Part shown: positions 39,831 through 40,787 of the stretch, piece after piece
Position numbering within the stretch: the stretch's first letter is position 1
Layout: each line of letters begins with the position of its first letter
Source: an uncultured virus (IMG/VR IMGVR_UViG_2061766007_001633)
Lineage: Duplodnaviria; Heunggongvirae; Uroviricota; Caudoviricetes
DNA: 40,787 nt
Virus record (IMG/VR): IMGVR_UViG_2061766007_001633
Reading direction: 5' to 3' (one strand)
Made by a program: the position numbers and the translations under genes
The notes under the pieces: model-generated
The model's input: the letters and a program-made list of their open reading frames with translations, nothing else
Database searches by the model: none
Told to the model about the DNA's origin: nothing

Positions 39831-40787
39831 ATGCAGAGAAAAGTCCCTTCAGCAATTACGAAAATCACTCTTGACCGCGCCACCTTTTCCAATGTGCCGG
39901 TCGAAGATCTTACTTTCATAAACTTCTTTTACGGCAATAACGGTGCCGGTAAATCGTCCATCGCGCATGCCATCGATGAAGATGATGGCGTTGNNNNNNN
40001 NNNNNNNNNNNNNGTGACGATTATGATGTCCTTGTCTACAATCAGGACTTCATAAACGACAACTTTGAAAACTACGGTGATCTTGAGGGTGTCTTTATCT
40101 TCGGTGAAGAGGATATCGAGGCCAAGAAGAAAATTGCTGATCTTACAGATAAGAAAAAAACAAAGTCCGACGAGCGTACAAAAGCCCTTGAAGACTACGG
40201 CACAAAAAAGAATGGCATCGAAGCTGCTATGACAGAGCTTCAAGAAACCTGCTTCACCACCACAGCTGATATCCGTAAGCGCTTTGAAAAGTGCATGGAC
40301 GGCAAGAAGCAGAAAAAGAGTTTCACTGATGCGGTTCTTGCGGAAACATCTCCGACAAAAATAGACATCGCTAAATTGGAGCAGCTTTATGATGTTGCTT
40401 TTGATGATACGGCCAGAACCTATCCTGAGTTCAAGCGTGCTGGTTCTAAAACGACATACGGCAGCCTGCCCGGAAAGGACCTGCTGGACAAAGTAATCGT
40501 AAGCAGTAGCGACACTCCGTTTGCAAACTTTATGAAGGCGCTGGGTGCTTCGGCTTCTGCGTGGGTCCGTGACGGTCACACTCACTATTCCGCTGCTGCA
40601 GCCGGTAAATGCCCTNNNNNNNNNNCAATCAGGATTTCATCAATGACAACTTCATGAATTACGGCGATCTGAAAGGCGTCTTTATCTTCGGTGAGGAAGA
40701 TATCGAGGCCAAGAAAAAGATTGCGGAGCTCACGGATCAGAAAAAACAGAAATCTGACGCTCGCCTTGCAGCTCTTGAGGAGCATAA
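39831..40787 (+). CDS. AAA_13 / RloC-like ABC-type ATPase, N-terminal part (40626..40787 is an allelic duplicate of about 40039..40200)
   Basis: INFFYGNNGAGKSS Walker A, VLVYNQDFI Q-loop region, coiled coil, start of zinc hook GKCP at about 40606..40615. Confidence 0.8.

Larger units (their letters stand above)
1..40787. mobile_element. Temperate siphovirus-like prophage (partial at both ends), mosaic scaffold of several alleles
   Basis: Continuous minus-strand array of replication, packaging, head, neck and tail genes in canonical order; att sites, integrase and lysis genes not in window. Confidence 0.95.

Overview
One temperate siphovirus-type prophage of a Firmicutes (Clostridia-like) host. 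Almost all of it is on the minus strand and it is cut at both window ends. Read right to left it carries a phage sigma-70 region-4-type regulator, then a replication module (DUF2800 nuclease, DUF2815 SSB, family-A DNA polymerase, P4-type primase/helicase, VRR-NUC, SNF2 helicase). Next come a RinA-like late activator, HNH, terS, a short SAM synthetase plus a ParB-fused DNA methyltransferase, several small accessory genes, terL, portal, Clp protease, HK97 capsid, head fibre, neck genes, major tail protein, a frameshifted tail chaperone, tape measure and two tail-tip proteins. No integrase, lysis genes or canonical CI repressor are visible. The scaffold is a gapped, metagenome-style assembly in which allelic fragments of at least three related phages are concatenated across N-gaps, so most apparent duplications are artefacts and many CDS coordinates are approximate. 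At the right end a divergent plus-strand operon with a near-consensus sigma-A promoter encodes two unknown proteins, an excisionase-type HTH and an RloC-like (AAA_13) ATPase. The most notable signal is a 17-residue RHIM-like motif (FxQxGxxNTQIGH[IV]EHY). It sits at the C-terminus of the first unknown protein and the N-terminus of the adjacent second one, and is conserved at protein but not codon level. This is the architecture of amyloid-signalling gene pairs and suggests an undescribed prophage-encoded amyloid switch for defence or induction; the function is inferred, not shown.
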